The notes: a model not told the origin generated them from the letters alone. A stretch of DNA of 64,000 nt from Adineta vaga (GCA_021613535.1 CP075496.1:11222001-11286000), one strand, 5' to 3'. Positions 29,971 to 46,567 are shown, counted from the first letter of the stretch. A program made the numbers and translations.

Positions 29971-32900
29971 TTCATATCATTTGACAATTCATTCTCAAAT
30001 ATCCGATGTTGATTATTAATGTTTGAACTTGAAAACTATACGTGACTTGTCCCAATGATTAAGTACTTTATTTGAATATAAAACCTCGGATATAAAACAC
30101 ACACTTTCTAGTTTTTATTGTTAATAATTAGAAAGTTTATAGAAAGTTAAAAGGTTCTAACAAAGTGCAATTTTTAATGAGTAAATTGCTTTCTCTGAAG
30201 TCATACTCTGTATGTTTGATGGGAACATAATCTGGTAAGAATAACAATTTGTATTCAGACTCAGTTATAATCATGCTCAAGCGGAGGAGAATAATGGGCT
30301 TTTAATTAATTTCTTCATTACGATACTTATCAGTCAGGTTTATCATTATGAGGTTGAATTTCTGTTGTAAAAGTATAAAGTAAATTGTAATACATTTAAT
30401 CATTGAAAAAGCATGGACATATTTTGTAAATCATAATATTTTGACAGTTGTAGTTGATAATATAGAAAAAAAATCAGCTAATCCTTCGTTTTGTTTTCAG
30501 ACTAAGATTTATAAAGGAAGTATTTAGAAGATTCGATGTTGTAGTTTTTGAATTAGATTAGATTTTTCTGATATCTTGTATTAAAAATTTCTTCTTATTT
30601 CTGCTGTTTTTAGAAAAATAGAGATTTTACTTTAAAAAATACTAGCCGAATGACGCAGAAAGCAAATAATTTATGTATACAAGTCTATTTTCAGGACTTA
30701 TTTAGATTTTGAATACATCGATTGTGTGAAAAGATTGATTATTTCCATGCATGTTCATATTATCAACTATATTTGGTTATTAATCCAGAGTAGAACTTAT
30801 TGACATAAGCTTTATCTGAACATCCTTTTTCTCTTTTTCATCGAATGTTAGCATAGATCGATGACGTCTTTTAACATCCTCGTCATGTTTTTTCTTGCGT
30901 TCTTTTTTTCTCATATACCGTTTATTCTAAACCCTGTATTTAATATGACACTTCTTTATAAGAAGAAAACCAGTAAGAAGAATTTAAACATACATATTAC
31001 AATACATCGAAATGACTTCACGTAAGGAGATGAATATTTAATTACGTAAAATATTTCATTCGATATACTCGAGATTTTCGAGAAAACCAGAATGGAAATC
31101 ATTTCCATTTTCTTAATATGTCAATGATCCAACAGTTGAATGAACTGGAAACAATTGTCTTTGAAAGCATATATTAGTATGTAGATCTTCTTTAGAAACA
31201 ATAGATTTTCATACTATCAATGCATGACATAATGTAGATGACGTCAATAGTAATCGCAAGATAGAATTGATTTCTTTTGAACATCAAAAGAAAAAGATCT
31301 CCTATATGATTTCGTTGTTTAGGCAATTTTTCAAACTTTTCTTTTATATATACTTGATCGTATAACTATTGCAAGATGAAAGAAATATAGTTAAAGGCGA
31401 ATTTGAACGTTAGTTATAGAATATTACTGAAGCATACAATTAGGTTATCTTTTAGCTGTCATATATTTCTAGTATGCTTAAGTTCTATGTCATAGATATC
31501 TGAAATAGAAGACTAAAAAACTAGCGTTTTGATATAAATATAGAAGTACTCATGTAAGTATAGAAGACAGGAACATATCGAAGTAGATCATATGTTTCAA
31601 TCTTAGATTTTTTCGAATCAAAATAATATATTCATTTATCTATTTTAGATTAATACGTATACTGCAAATTAATCACAAGCGTGCAAATCATCAGTCAAGC
31701 AGTTTCTTGTAGTAATCCTATTGGTATAGGCTACTTAAAAATTAATTCGTTTTGAAATAAGTACGTGGAATATTATAATTGAAAATGAAGATATTTGTTT
31801 ATAAATGAGATCGCGAAGAAACACTGTAGTAATATTATTAATTTTATGGATGAATTATTTCTTTTGAATAGCTCATTTTTTCCTAAGGATGTGAATAATA
31901 CAACATGCGATCAATTTCATATAATACGATAAGTTCGAGGTAATAATCGAAATAGTTTTTGGTGCTTTCCATGATAGACGATTCGATAGTTCGTATCATA
32001 TTTTTAAATGATGGATTTTGAACTTCTTGTGTTCCCATATATGAAATGTCATGACAACGTCAACTCTCGAAGTAGGTTGACGATGAATGCATTCGGCTCG
32101 TGCTGCTTCTTTGATGAGCAAGAATTTCCTATCTAAAAGCAATTTGTTTTTCAATTTAGTCTTAGAATATTTTAATGACTTCCTTATACAAAGATGGTAT
32201 TCAATTAAAAAGTAACGAATAGTTTGTTACATAGTTTAATAAATATTCGAGCTCGATGAGATGATACTTTTTTTGATATTGAACTCCCAGCTAGATCTAG
32301 TTTCCTCATTTTCACTAACGTTGAGTAAAACGAGGAAAGACTTGATATTTTGATATACTATCAAATGATAAAGCTAGAATTGAACAAGGAAGAATCATCT
32401 GTATTCCATTTCTTATTACGAAGAAGAAAAAGAAAAATCATATTTCTTAAATTTTCTTCGTTGTTTACATTTTAAAATGGTTATTTCATTTTGTGTTAGA
32501 CTGAGATGCTGTCTCTAAACATTTTATTCCCTATTGAAGATGTCACAAAATCTTATTAAAATCTTATATTGGTTAAAACATTCCGATAAGATCATCGCAA
32601 ATATTTAGAACTTATTTAGTCAAATAACACTTATTGACCTTCTGGAAAAAGAATTAGTAGAGAAAATATGAAACTAAAAGGTAATTATACTCGAAGAAAA
32701 TGCTTTTTTTTTCTTTTATTGAAATTGACCAAATAACTTTAAGGCAAAGTATAATCAAGCGTATGAGAAAAAAACATTTCGGCAAACAAAGATTTTTAAT
32801 ATAGGAAGGAAGGAAGAAAATAACGACATCATATTTTAGAAATTTTCCTCACTCTTATAATGTCAACAGCATTGTAAAAGATAAGACGCACCTCGATAAT

Positions 32901-34953
32901 AATTAGTAGTGATAGAATATCTGTGGTTATCGTTATCAATTTGATATAGTATCCCTTTTTTCAGCTAAAAATAACATGTGAGATAGTCTTTGATAGAAAT
33001 AATTGTTTTATAAACTAAATATATTGCTTGTCAAAATTTGAAATCCTTTTATCTAGTCACCAGAGAGAATTCAACCCACTTGTTATTCAAGTACAAAAAC
33101 GACCTTTTGTTGCTAATGAAGTAGTGTAAAATAGTGTCTTTGACAATACGGAAGTTTCAGTCGGATATGATATGCGCATAAAGTAGCATTTGTTAGCATC
33201 AAGATAACGAGAATGAAATGATACGAAATAATTACTGTATGATAGTCTGTTCAATAACGGAAATTGCATCCCACGTGAAGGATGACGCATTTGATTGTAT
33301 CGTTCGTAATATGCAAAAAGGCAAGTAAATACAGAAACGAAAGAGTTTAGCTATGAGGATTTCATTACTATTCCGATGAGTTTATTATATTAGTTTATTT
33401 TTTTCAAAATTAGATTATACCTAATATAATCAATCGGTTGATAAACTTCAACTCACCGAAATTCGTTACTGTTCTTTGTATACCAATCGTAAGTGCATCT
33501 GTTTTTCGTAGAATCTTCTCATACAGATATTTGAGATCAATGTTTAAGAATTTAAATTCCTTGAAAGTCTATTATTAGATAATTAAAAATTATATGCAAG
33601 AGAATGAGAGAAGAACTTAGAGTAAAATTCTGTTAGTTGATTTGACATCTAATAAGTCAGTGAATGACATACGTTCATGTTGAGAATTTATATTTAGAAA
33701 AAGACTTTCATTTAATTGATTTTTAGAAATATATTTATCAGTCACTAATGATATTCTTCTGTAAAAGCAGAGCCATGTTTTATTCCAAGAAATTATCTTC
33801 TTTTTAACCGCATGCACTTACACTCTCTAAATGGAGGCGAAGTATCAGAAGACTGCTGGGTTTTTTTTTATGTCTCACGTTTCCAGTGCATCCTTTTCCT
33901 TATACAATTATCCTTTTCATCATCATCATAAAGTTCCATTGAGCCTAAATACTTGATTATTTCTTGAACATAATATTTCAAGTGTATTAATCAATTTTCA
34001 TTGAAATTGATATAAATAATGTAACATAATACCATCAATTTATGAGTGTATATGTATAAAGAATGTAATTCCAGACTTGTTTTGTTAAAGCTATTTAACA
34101 TGCATCGTGGAAATCTAAATCCTTTTCATCGTCGAGAATTTCATACATCAGTTGGTTTTTATAAATCAGGATACAAATATAGTGTTCTCTATTCTTCAAA
34201 CTTGCTGCACATTATTCAAGTAGATCTGAACTCTAAAAGAATCTTCAATAGATAGACAGAACAGATTACATTCGATGCATTTGAGCTACTTTAACAATAA
34301 TCATGAGAATTATAAGAGATGATTCTATCTTTCCTAGTTTTGCCATTCAAATACTAACTATAGGATGTTCCTATTACTCGAGATGTTTGAATTAGATCAA
34401 TGGAATGTTCTTTTGAATAATAGAAATTATAATACCCAATACTAATTTCATTCTTTTATGATAATAGTTAGTTCACTAGGCGTGCGATCATCTTTTCATT
34501 TTACTAATTCTATATTTTTGAGTAGTCTTCGTTTAAGAATACATACTATTGTATCGTTGAATAAGTATGTATTTCTCGAACAGAAAATCGAGTTGTTTCT
34601 ATCATTTTTCATTGTTGAAAATCGTTTTCATCGAGAAAAGAAAACTTCGTTATCTCTAAATCGATGACGTAGTTAGCTAGAATAGACACACATATGGATT
34701 GATAATAAGCATAGCGTATCTTTAGTAATAGACGAAGGACTATGTCTATTTGGTATGTAACAAAAATATGTCTGCAGTTAGTTACATTTTCTCGAAAGAG
34801 GCAAAAAAAACATTTTTAAATAATTAATTAGATATGCTAACAGAGTACGAGAGAAAGAAGATCATAAGAAAATATTTTTGTCTCAAAAGAATGCACATTT
34901 AGTTGACGTTTTATTTTGTGATTTAATTCTAGAAATATCTATTTCTATTAATC

Positions 34954-37646
34954 ATGTATATAAACAATACAACAAGTGAAAATGAACTATCTATGAACAG
35001 TGATGAAATACTTTTATCACGTGTTCGTCTAATCGTGAAATTTTATCTATGGCCATTACTTGTTATTTTTGGTTTATTTGGTAATTCTTTATCTATACTT
35101 GTTTTAACACGACGTCGTTTAATACGAACCAGTACTAATAATTATCTTACAATCTTAGCTGTATTTGATTCGTGTTATTTGATATTTACACTTATACTTA
35201 ATTTCGGATCACATCCTAGTTTTTCTGAGAGTGTATTTATAAAAAATTTATCAGAAATTCTACGTCCTTTGGCGGATTTCAGTTCCAATACGGCAACATG
35301 GTTAATTGTTTGTTTTACACTTGAACGAACATTAGCCGTTGCAAAACCAATTTATGCTAAACGAACATGTTCAGTACGACGATCACGTCATTTAATTTGC
35401 ACATTATTAGTTATTTCTTTTATCATAACAATGCCGACTTATTTCGAACGAAACTTAGTACGAGATAACATTGGCAATCATACATTTAATTCTACTCAAC
35501 GATTTATATCAACTGAACGACAAGAATTATTTTTAACATTACATCGATTATATTTAATCTTTATTTGTGTTGTTATCATTTGGATACCCTTACTATTACT
35601 TTGTATTTGCAATTCAATTCTTATTTGGTAAGTTGATTTATCAACAGATGGTAAAGAAAGCTGAGTTTCTAATTGAAACGAGTATAATCGATAATGTTTG
35701 AAATGAAAACATTTACTTTTCTGAGCAGCTTTCAAAGCATCACATAGGCAAAATCTTTGTTAAGATAACAAATACAATATGTGTTGAGAGCTTTCTTTGA
35801 ATAATTCTAAACGAGCATTACAAAAATAGTTCTATTAGGTGTAATTGATAGAATATAGAGTGCTCATTCAACATACGGTCGCTATTCATTCAAATATTAG
35901 ATGTATAGGAAACAAAATAATACTCACACAAACTATCCTCATTATAAATGAAATTTTATAACAAAACTTATTTCGAATGTATTTTTCTATCTTCGTTTAT
36001 CAGTTGATACAATTCAAGTAACATTTCTAGATAGCAATACAACGAGCTCTATCGAATACATTCAATTTGCATAAATATTTCGTTAGGAAATTTCATTAGT
36101 TGACAAAAAAAAGTCGGGACGTTTTTAGACTGTTGAATATTTTGTGCTATTTTTGTTGGCAAATAAACAAATCTTTGGTTATATTTGAGATTAGCATAGA
36201 ATTCTAAATAAAATGAAGTGTCCATTTAAGAAATTCCGTATCAGCTGATAGTTTTCAAAATAACTTCACTTTGTTCTCTGTATTTAGCAAAAGTTTTAGA
36301 AGCTTTCTATTTATTACTGCAGAGATACGCGTGTTACTTTTTGAAAAAGTGAAATTTCGAAACACTGGTCAAGTCGCTATAATCTTGTAGAAGCGTTCGC
36401 AATGTCTTCGAAGTTAGAAGAAAACCTTCAAATAACTTAATTATATTACTCTTTATCAGATGAATATTAGTTTTGTGATATTGAAAATTTTATGAATGTA
36501 AAAATACTAATGAAATATAATCCAAAAATTTCGAAAAATACAATAATAAATAAAATTTATCTATTTTCCCTGGTTTATAATTCATTCTACAATGATCCAT
36601 TAGAAACGAAAACACAGCTTCGCATTACTCAACTATGTTTCTTCTTTTATGAAAAAGAATCACGCAAAGACTAGCTAACATAAATCCATTCATTCAATCT
36701 AAAAACTCTTCTCTTCTTTCAAATTTCCAGGTATGTTCATCGTTCTCGTCGTTTTGATGTCGATACACAAACCAAACCTATCGAAGAGACATCTTCTATG
36801 TCTTCATCACCAGTCAAATCAGATTATTCTTCGAAAAATTATCTTGCATGTTCAACAAATCATCCTTCAAAAACAGCTTGTTCAATAAATTTACGACGAC
36901 ATAGTCGTTCATCAATTCGTAAACGTAAAGTAACCATTGTTTTAATATTTTGTTTATTTGTTGCCTTATTATTATGGACACCTCAAAGTTTATCATTAAC
37001 CTATGAGACATTAATTGAAAGTTATGCAAAAATGTCACAAAAACATCGAATAATTTTATTAATATTTAATAATTTTGCAAATTTATTTCTCTGCATAAAT
37101 GCATCTATTGATTTTATTCTTTATTGTTTTTTATCGGAAAAATTTGCACGAACATGTCAACAAATTATTTGGAGAAAATGTTCGAATCGTCAATTAATGT
37201 CTCAACGTTTTAGACGATTCCGTGGCATGGATCGTGGTTCATTTGTTCTCTCCAATACATCGAATAATTCTCATGAACAACAACAACAATTGGCTGCAAA
37301 TACAACTAATACATATTATGCTCAATTGTACAATTTCTGTCGACAAACATCATTGAATGGAACAAATAAAGTTTGGAAGAAGAAAATGGTGCATTCGTTA
37401 ACAACAACAACAAATAGTAAGGATAATAATCGTGTTTATTATCGAACAACATTATTAGAAAATAAACAAAAAACATTAACTATAAATGGAAAATATTCAC
37501 AACAACGTTTTATTGACTTTAAAAAATCAGTCGAATTATGTTCGAATATGGATGATGATTATCTTAATAATGAATTAAATGTATCAGTTAATACTTCAAT
37601 TAGTTCAAATAAACCATCACATTCGGAGATAATTTACAATTTGTAA
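34954..37646 (+). CDS. Class A neuropeptide GPCR, FMRFamide/myosuppressin-receptor-like
   Basis: Two exons (34954-35627 and 36732-37646). FGLFGNSLSILVL, TNNYLTILAVFD, WLIVCFTLERTLAVAKP, IPLLLLCICN, LLWTP and INASIDFILYCFLSEKF. Seven hydrophobic segments. Confidence 0.88.
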
Positions 37647-38823
37647 ATATATATATATATATATAGAATTTCATATGCTTTTTTGTTGTTAAATTTTTGT
37701 GCAAAGAATAAATTTGTGAACAAAACATGGATTCAAAGATTTTTCTTCTCTGATATTGTCTTAAACAAGAATATCAAAATAATTATCATTGATTGATACA
37801 TTGCATGTATCAATCAGGAAACGTTTTCACATTCCAATTGTTCTTCGATAATTATTTCTACTCGGTTAATAAGAAATCAATGGTTGACAAACGAATATTA
37901 ATGAAAGAATAAGAATTATGTTAACTCTCTCATTATGTTTAGAATCTACTTGAAAAAAAAGGATATAATGTCAAGATAGCCTCATATCTTTGTAAAGAAA
38001 TGATACATCGTATTTTGCTAATTAAAAAATGACTTATTATATATCAGAATATAATGTGTATAAGCTTTAATTAATTTATAAGTACTTCTTTAAACCATGT
38101 GCATAATAATCCAATCTTTTATTTGGTACTGCATTTCAGTTCTATCAGCTTAGAGAATCTTTCTACAATGGAAAAACGAATCCAGGTCATACTAGTTTAT
38201 TCATCCACACAAATAATTTAAATTGGGAAATATACTCAAATATTACCATGTCCAAAAGATTAGTATCAATCGATTATAGTATTCAGCGAGATTTCAAAAG
38301 ACAAAAACGAAACTTTCGATTGTATATATTTCTAATTAAACATAGATATTTGAATTGTAAATTTTCTCTTATTTGCCATGTATATATGGTGCCTTAAAAC
38401 GTAGAATAATGTCATCTCGTTTCTATAACATCTGATTTCTTCTATCAAATACTTAGGAACTTTTTTTATTCCTATTGAAATGTCATAAAGACAGAAAATA
38501 ATTACTTTTTATTATATCCGAGAAACAAATGTCAAAAAATACTTAAATATTTTATATCTAAGCTAAGAAAACATCAATCAACTGATTGGAAGACTTTTCT
38601 TTCTTTTTTGAACACTGTTCATTAGTGACATCCATTGATAATCGAAATCTTATTCGTTGGGCGGCAGCTGCGCAAATATTTATTCAAGAAAAATCACTCA
38701 AATCAAACAAGTAGTCGACCGGTCATTCATTCTTCTCTTCGTCTGTCTCCTTCTCTTTTCCTATTTTATTACGATTCTTTCTTCGAACCAAAAAAAGCAA
38801 TCTGTTCCATCGAATTTTCTACG

Positions 38824-39324
38824 ATGCCAGGTCTTACTGATGACATACTTGCAGATATTCGTGATGGTATAATTTGTTTTTGTTTGTATTCTATAGAAAA
38901 TATATTGATTCTCATTTTAGTCTTTAGTTTATATGATGATCGTGGTGATGAACATATTCCAAAACATTATTTAGGTGAAGCAGTTCGTGCATTAGGATTA
39001 AATCCAACTGAAGCAGAAATTCGCTTACTTCTTACTGATCTTAATCGTGTTGAACGTTTATCAATGCAACAATTTCAAGTTATATTTGAACGTTTATGTC
39101 GACAAAAAGAATCTGTTGCACCTGCTGATGAATTTGTTGATGGTTTACGTGTTTTCGATAAAGATGGAAATGGATTAATACCGGCAACAGAATTACGCCA
39201 TTTACTAACAACTTTAGGTGAACGATTAACAGATGATGAAGTTGAACAGTTAATCTTCGAGTTTGAAGATAAACAAGGCATGGTCGTCTATGAAGATTTT
39301 ATCAAAGCTGTACTTCAACGTTAA
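38824..39324 (+). CDS. Myosin essential (alkali) light chain, non-muscle type
   Basis: [25 protein letters not shown] and [41 protein letters not shown]. One intron, 38867-38920. Confidence 0.92.
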   Translation: MPGLTDDILADIRDGIICFCLYSIENILILILVFSLYDDRGDEHIPKHYLGEAVRALGLNPTEAEIRLLLTDLNRVERLSMQQFQVIFERLCRQKESVAPADEFVDGLRVFDKDGNGLIPATELRHLLTTLGERLTDDEVEQLIFEFEDKQGMVVYEDFIKAVLQR

Positions 39325-39488
39325 TGAATAAGAGAATGAAAACGTTCATTTTTTTTCTTCTTCTTTTCTTTGTTTGTTTTTTACTCTGTATAAATCAGAT
39401 TCATATATAGATATCATTAGCGTCAGATAATTCTGTTTATTTGTTTTTAGAGATTGATTTAAAAAGAGAGAGAAAAAAAAGAAGGAAC

Positions 39489-39920
39489 ATGTCTCTTTTA
39501 ATAACTCGGAATTATCTTCAACTTGTAAACTTATACCATCCATTGACATCTTCTAGATTATACAAACATTCTAGTGCAGTATCAAGCGATCTTTTAAAAA
39601 GAAAAATGCGGGCAAAACTTGAAGGTGATCAACGAAATGATGTTTTAAAACAATTAGAATCGAATGGCTGGAAAATAACAGATGATCGTGATGCATTGGC
39701 TAAAACATTTTTATTTAAAAATTTTAATCAAGCTTTTGGTTTTATGACACGTGTTGCCTTATTAGCAGAAAAACTTGACCATCATCCCGAATGGTTTAAT
39801 GTCTACAATAAAGTTCAAGTTACATTGAGTACACATGATATGAATGGCCTATCGACTTACGATGCTCAAATGGCTCGATTTATGGATCAATGTGTTTCGG
39901 GAACAACAGATGATAAATAA
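39489..39920 (+). CDS. PCBD: Pterin-4-alpha-carbinolamine dehydratase (PCBD/DCoH) with N-terminal extension
   Basis: FKNFNQAFGFMTRVALLAEKLDHHPEWFNVYNKVQVTLSTHD. Intronless. Confidence 0.93.
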   Translation: MSLLITRNYLQLVNLYHPLTSSRLYKHSSAVSSDLLKRKMRAKLEGDQRNDVLKQLESNGWKITDDRDALAKTFLFKNFNQAFGFMTRVALLAEKLDHHPEWFNVYNKVQVTLSTHDMNGLSTYDAQMARFMDQCVSGTTDDK

Positions 39921-42022
39921 CTATTTTGCATCGAAATCCATGAAAAAAACACTAGTCAACCCATTTTTCTTGTCCTATATTTGGTGTATGAAACCTATTT
40001 TTAGTCATTTTAATAAAGATTGGTGATTGAATTGAAATGAATCGATTTTGAGAAATTTTAACTTGAAAAACAAAATAATGAACAATAGTTTCCCTGACGT
40101 TAGGCTACTAAACGTTAATTTTAAGTAAATACGCTAATCAAAGAATGTGCTTTTTGTTGCTTAGTTGGACTTGATCATACTTTTATACTCATGGAAAAAT
40201 GATAGGTGAAACCAAAAATGATTATCTAATCGTGGAATATGAACTACTCTCTCAGATTTATCTGTAATTAATTTTAAATAAACTGTTCATCTGAATTAAA
40301 ATGAGAGAAATCGGGCATTGAGTCGATGAATTCTATGAAAGTCATTGTGAACTAAAGATATTAGTACGCATTTATTGTTGATTAATAGAAATTAATGGCT
40401 ATAGATCAAATACGAAGATCAGTAGAATTTCTATGATAAAAAATAAAAGAACGGAAGCGACAAACGCTATCATCGTCATCATCATCATCATCAGACATAA
40501 AATATATATATACAAGTATCAATAGAAACTAAATCTAGACAAGACTTGATGAGTACCTCATCGATTCAAGGACATACTTAATTAAATAGTAAATCGAAAA
40601 AAAAGAGAATGTTTGGAGTATTAATAGTAATAGTTACTTTTAATCGAACGTATTCCGTTTTAACAGTCGATTCATATACGAATTGCATATAATTATAACG
40701 AGTACTCTGGTCAATTTAGTTGATCTTTTTTTCTCAATGGACAACACTGAATATTCATTATTTCTACAAGAAGATGATGCAATACAATTCTTTTCTACTA
40801 AGAAATTCTTTTTTGTCTGTTGATTTTTAATTGAAGAAAAAACTACATTACATTTATATAATCAAGACAAAATCAGAATCCTTAGTTGCGAAAAATCTTG
40901 AAGATACGCATCTGATCCCCATATCTATGATATAAATCAAATGTTATTATAATTCAATCTTCTTTCTTTTTCAATTTCTTAAGCCGTTTGTTTGATTCTT
41001 TTCTAACATATCTAAATCAATCTATTACAGATTTGATGATGCTCATTTCATATTGACGTGTTAGATGTAATTTCATTTCAATTTTTTCTATTATTACTAT
41101 CTAATAGTCCCACGAAGATGGGTTACGCTGTCTAGATAGTAAGTGTAATATAAGCCTCTTTCTCTCTTCTTCTTCTTCTTCTTCTTCTTCTCTGGCGACT
41201 AGATCCATCTCATCTTGACCACCTATTAAAGTTAATCATTTGTGTAAGATGATCACATTTTGAACAAAATATTTTGATTAAAAATAAAAAATTCAAGAAT
41301 TCTGAATAGGAAGAAGAGATGCTCACTTTTCTGTAAGGTCAGTGAATCGATATAATGATAAGAGAGAAGAAACACATTATTGAAATCTTTCTCACATGGT
41401 TCTCATAGATCAAAATGAATATTTTAACGCTATTTAAATGAACAGTTTCAAACGACATTTATTCAACATGTCACGGTTCATTGATGATTTTATTAACACA
41501 TACTTTATGTTTATGACATCGATGACACTATTAGTATTCTCGAGAGAAGTGATTGACTCATCTTTTTCCTGCTTTTCTTTCTTTAGTGAATGAAGTAACA
41601 CATTCGTTGTTCACTTTTGTATGTAGTCAGAGTTCATTGTAGAATCTATTCAAACAGATACAAAGGAACTACCGTTCTTCTCTGATCTAGACAGATCATC
41701 ATCATTATCAACTGCTCATTTTTCAGTCGTCCACTTCAGAACGAAAGGAAGAGAGAGGGAGAGAGAAAGAGTAAGCGACTGTTCATCGATTTTTCTCTTC
41801 ATTCTCCTTCTCTTCTCTTCCCTTTTTTTTCTTTTTACATCGTTTCGCTCATCTATCGTTCCATCCATATACATATAAAAGAGAAGGAACCTCATTTTAG
41901 CTCTTACATCTATTAACGAAGCATAAATACATTTTTTTGCTATAATTAAATCATATCACGAACTGCACATAAAGACATCTCTGCATTACAACAATCACAA
42001 ACGATCGACGCTTATATCCGCA

Positions 42023-44287
42023 ATGCTGTACTTATTTCTACTTACAATCATTTCAATCACTTCAGCTACATCAATCGAAAATGATTCAGGTATGTCGTAA
42101 AAAAATTCTATTCATATGCAACAGATGATTATGAAGTATACCGAATCAAAAGACTTTTTCAACCATGTGATATATGCACATCGATCAGATTAATGGTTGA
42201 CTATTTTTTTTTAATTTCATCCGTCTACTAGTTAAAAAGAAATAGACAATGTCAGTTAGAACCATCTCATATTTCAAACAAACATCCTTAGGGTAGTCAT
42301 GAATTTAAGAGTAAATCTCAAGTAGAAGAAAAAAAAACGTATGCATGATTTTATCACCTAAATGTGACTAACAGATTAACAGTTGCATATAAAAAAAAGA
42401 CGGAAATCGAAGTTCTATATTGATAGAGTGTGGACATGTTCGTTGTTAGTTAAACATGCAGAACATTAGCTTAAGAAAAGTTCATTCAAGAACGAATCGG
42501 ATAAGCTATTGTCATTAAATGACACATATGAGAAAAGCAAAGAAGAGTGTTTCTGTCTGAAGTATGTTTGTCCGTTAAAGAAGTGTACCCATTATGGCTC
42601 CTTACTAATACTAAACTATTCTTGAGAAGATTATTGTTGTATATGTCACATAGATACATACACATTGAAGAGTAGAAGAAAAATGTCACTCTATTTACTA
42701 AGATATCTATATATCTTTGAAGGAAAAGCAAATCATATTTAATCTTAATTATTCAATTGTATAGATCGAAAATTTTTTGATGAAAGGATCTATATAGACA
42801 TGATATACTTATCTGTTGTTTCTCATTTATCATTCTTACGTACACTTTTGTTTCTGACAAATTGGATTAGATGAGCTATTCTATTTCTAGATCAAGTTTT
42901 CCTACCAAAATTTGATCGATTATATGAAATTGTGTCTGTTGTTGTCGGTAAACGAGCATTATTACCATGTTACGTCTCATTAAAAGATGTCAAGAACAAT
43001 GGCATGGATACATTCAAAGTAATAATCATACGTTATATATATATATAGAGAGAGAGAGAGAGAAACATAGAGAAAAAGAAAAGAACGATGTAATCATCTA
43101 ATCGATTTTAGATTATATGGATGAAATTAAATAATAGCTCAATTTTAACAATGGAAGAACGAGCAGTTAATGGTGATCCAAGAATTTCGTTATTACACGC
43201 ATATGCCGATGAATGGAATTTACAAATTGATGATATTGATGAAGATGATGCTGGAATTTATCGATGTTTTGTTAATAATGGAAAATATAAAACAGTTATA
43301 TTAGATGTTAAAGGTAAATTAATACAAAATTTTGTGTCATAGAAAAATATTTATCGAAGTTTTTTTTATGAATATCTAGTTCCACCAAAAATTATCGATG
43401 AATTAACAACAGTACCTTATCCACCTTCGATTCATGTTGGTTCGAATTTTACAATTAAATGTTATGCACATGGTAAACCAACACCTAATGTTCGTATTCT
43501 TGCCTATGATCAATCAGAAAGTCCAAAAAGTACGTATTCAAACAACGAACAATGGACAAATCTATTCTCTCTGTTACCTTTAGCTATAAGTGAACAAAAT
43601 GAAATAACTATTTACAATATATCTCGTCATACAAATCGTCGTTATGAATGTATTGCTAGTAATGGTTATCCACCGGATGTAGCACGTTCCGTTCAATTAA
43701 CAGTTCAATATCCACCGGAATTAAGTCTTTTTACCAATGAAGAAATTGTTACAAATTCACTATTTATTAATTCAAATTTCGATGAAATTCGTTTAAAATG
43801 TCAAGTTCTAATGAATCCATTTGAGAAAATTTCATGGTTAAAAGATAATCAACACTTCGAATCGAATTATCAAATTTATCCTATTGGAAATTATTTTGTT
43901 TCAGAATTGATTATTGATGATTGGAGAACTGATTATCCAGGAGAATATACCTGTCTTGCTTCAAATTCACTTGGAACAACTTCAAAAAGTATTCAAATAG
44001 TTTCCTTATCCACAACAACAACAGTAAAGGTGGAAAGAATTACATCAAGACATAAACGGCCAAAACATATGAGACCAACGACAGCATCAACAACAACAAC
44101 AACAACAACAGTATCCGATTTATATTCAACTGAAAGTTTAACACTGTTGACTCTTTCATCTACAAGTAAGTTGAAATCAATCATAAATTCAAAATTTCTT
44201 TCTTTTATTTTAAAAGGTACTAAAAATACATCTCCAATAATTCTGATATTCTTTTGTATAATAATCATTAATATTTCGATGAGATAA
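42023..44287 (+). CDS. Three-Ig-domain cell-surface protein (lachesin/IgLON/DIP-like), probably GPI-anchored
   Basis: Signal peptide MLYLFLLTIISITSA. Ig motifs GKRALLPC, WNLQI..DAGIYRC, CYAHGKPTP, YECIASNGYPP and GEYTCLASNSLG. Thr-rich stalk and a hydrophobic C-terminal tail. Confidence 0.82.
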
Positions 44288-44444
44288 AACAAAAATAAGA
44301 TAATCATTTTGCTTAAATCAAACTGTGATATTGAATATCTCTGTTTTACTCAGGTATGATTCATTATTTGTTAATCAATCAAGAAAATAAATAAAAAATT
44401 TCTTTTCTTGCTTTAGTGATGTCAATTTTCTTTCTCTTGTCTTG

Positions 44445-44476
<32 letters not shown>

Positions 44477-45323
44477 GTTTTATATTTTCTTTTTCTTACT
44501 TGTATGATGTTGATCTTGTCTGTTAAAATAAAGCAAAATGATTATTGTTTTCAGACATGTCTCAATCAGATGAAATAATGTTTTATGTTAACACCGGATA
44601 TTCAATAAGCTGATAAGATTCAAAGGTATGAATTGCTTTTCATTAGAATATACAATGTATTTCGTCTCTAGCAGTTGATTACATAAAATCGTGATGATGT
44701 TTACATATCACATTCTTTCGAAAGGATTAAATAAAGTTGCATAAAATTTATATTCAAATAGACCAAATGATTGTCATAAAAAGAAGCGACTAGTTTCGTA
44801 TCCTTCGTTCATGTCTTCTTTTTTTGATCCATCAAACGTTGATTTCGATTTCATAATCAAAGTTAGCCTACTGATTAATCGTCTTTGATCTGAATTTAGT
44901 ATCGTATGTTTGACTATATAACAAAAGAAAAAAGATCCATAGAGAAAGAAGTTTATTCATGGATATTCGAGATGATGAGAGAATCGAAATATTATTGGAA
45001 TATTGTTACTCTTTCATCTAAATCTGTATGAACTATTGTCGATGAGAAGAGAAGAAGAAGGAAAGATTAAATGTTTACTTTTGAATGATTGATATATGTT
45101 GATGATTCGATATTCATTCAAATTCTTATCATAGATCATCGATCATCGGTTATTTTTTGTTTAGATTTCAAATCGATTTAGACTTGTCTAATAAGCAATT
45201 TTTTATTAAATGAAGATATCTCATTTATTGATAATCTGATTTCTTGTTTTTATTAGAATGAGTTTATGAATCTTCCATCTTTTTATCTTGAAAACAAAAC
45301 AGTGCAATCGTTTTGAAATTCAT

Positions 45324-46567
<1,244 letters not shown>

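Noticed and set aside
30140-30370. Minus-strand peptide fragments (PDYVPIK, LEHDY) reminiscent of THAP/transposon proteins
   Set aside because: The fragments are in different frames with stops, and there are no C2CH ligands.
37790-37816. 12-bp perfect hairpin downstream of the GPCR
   Set aside because: AT-rich, isolated and too short for a pre-miRNA; plausible by chance.
39489-39920. Intronless PCBD (and other genes) as horizontal transfers
   Set aside because: The motifs look metazoan/eukaryotic. I see no sequence evidence of foreign origin without a phylogeny.
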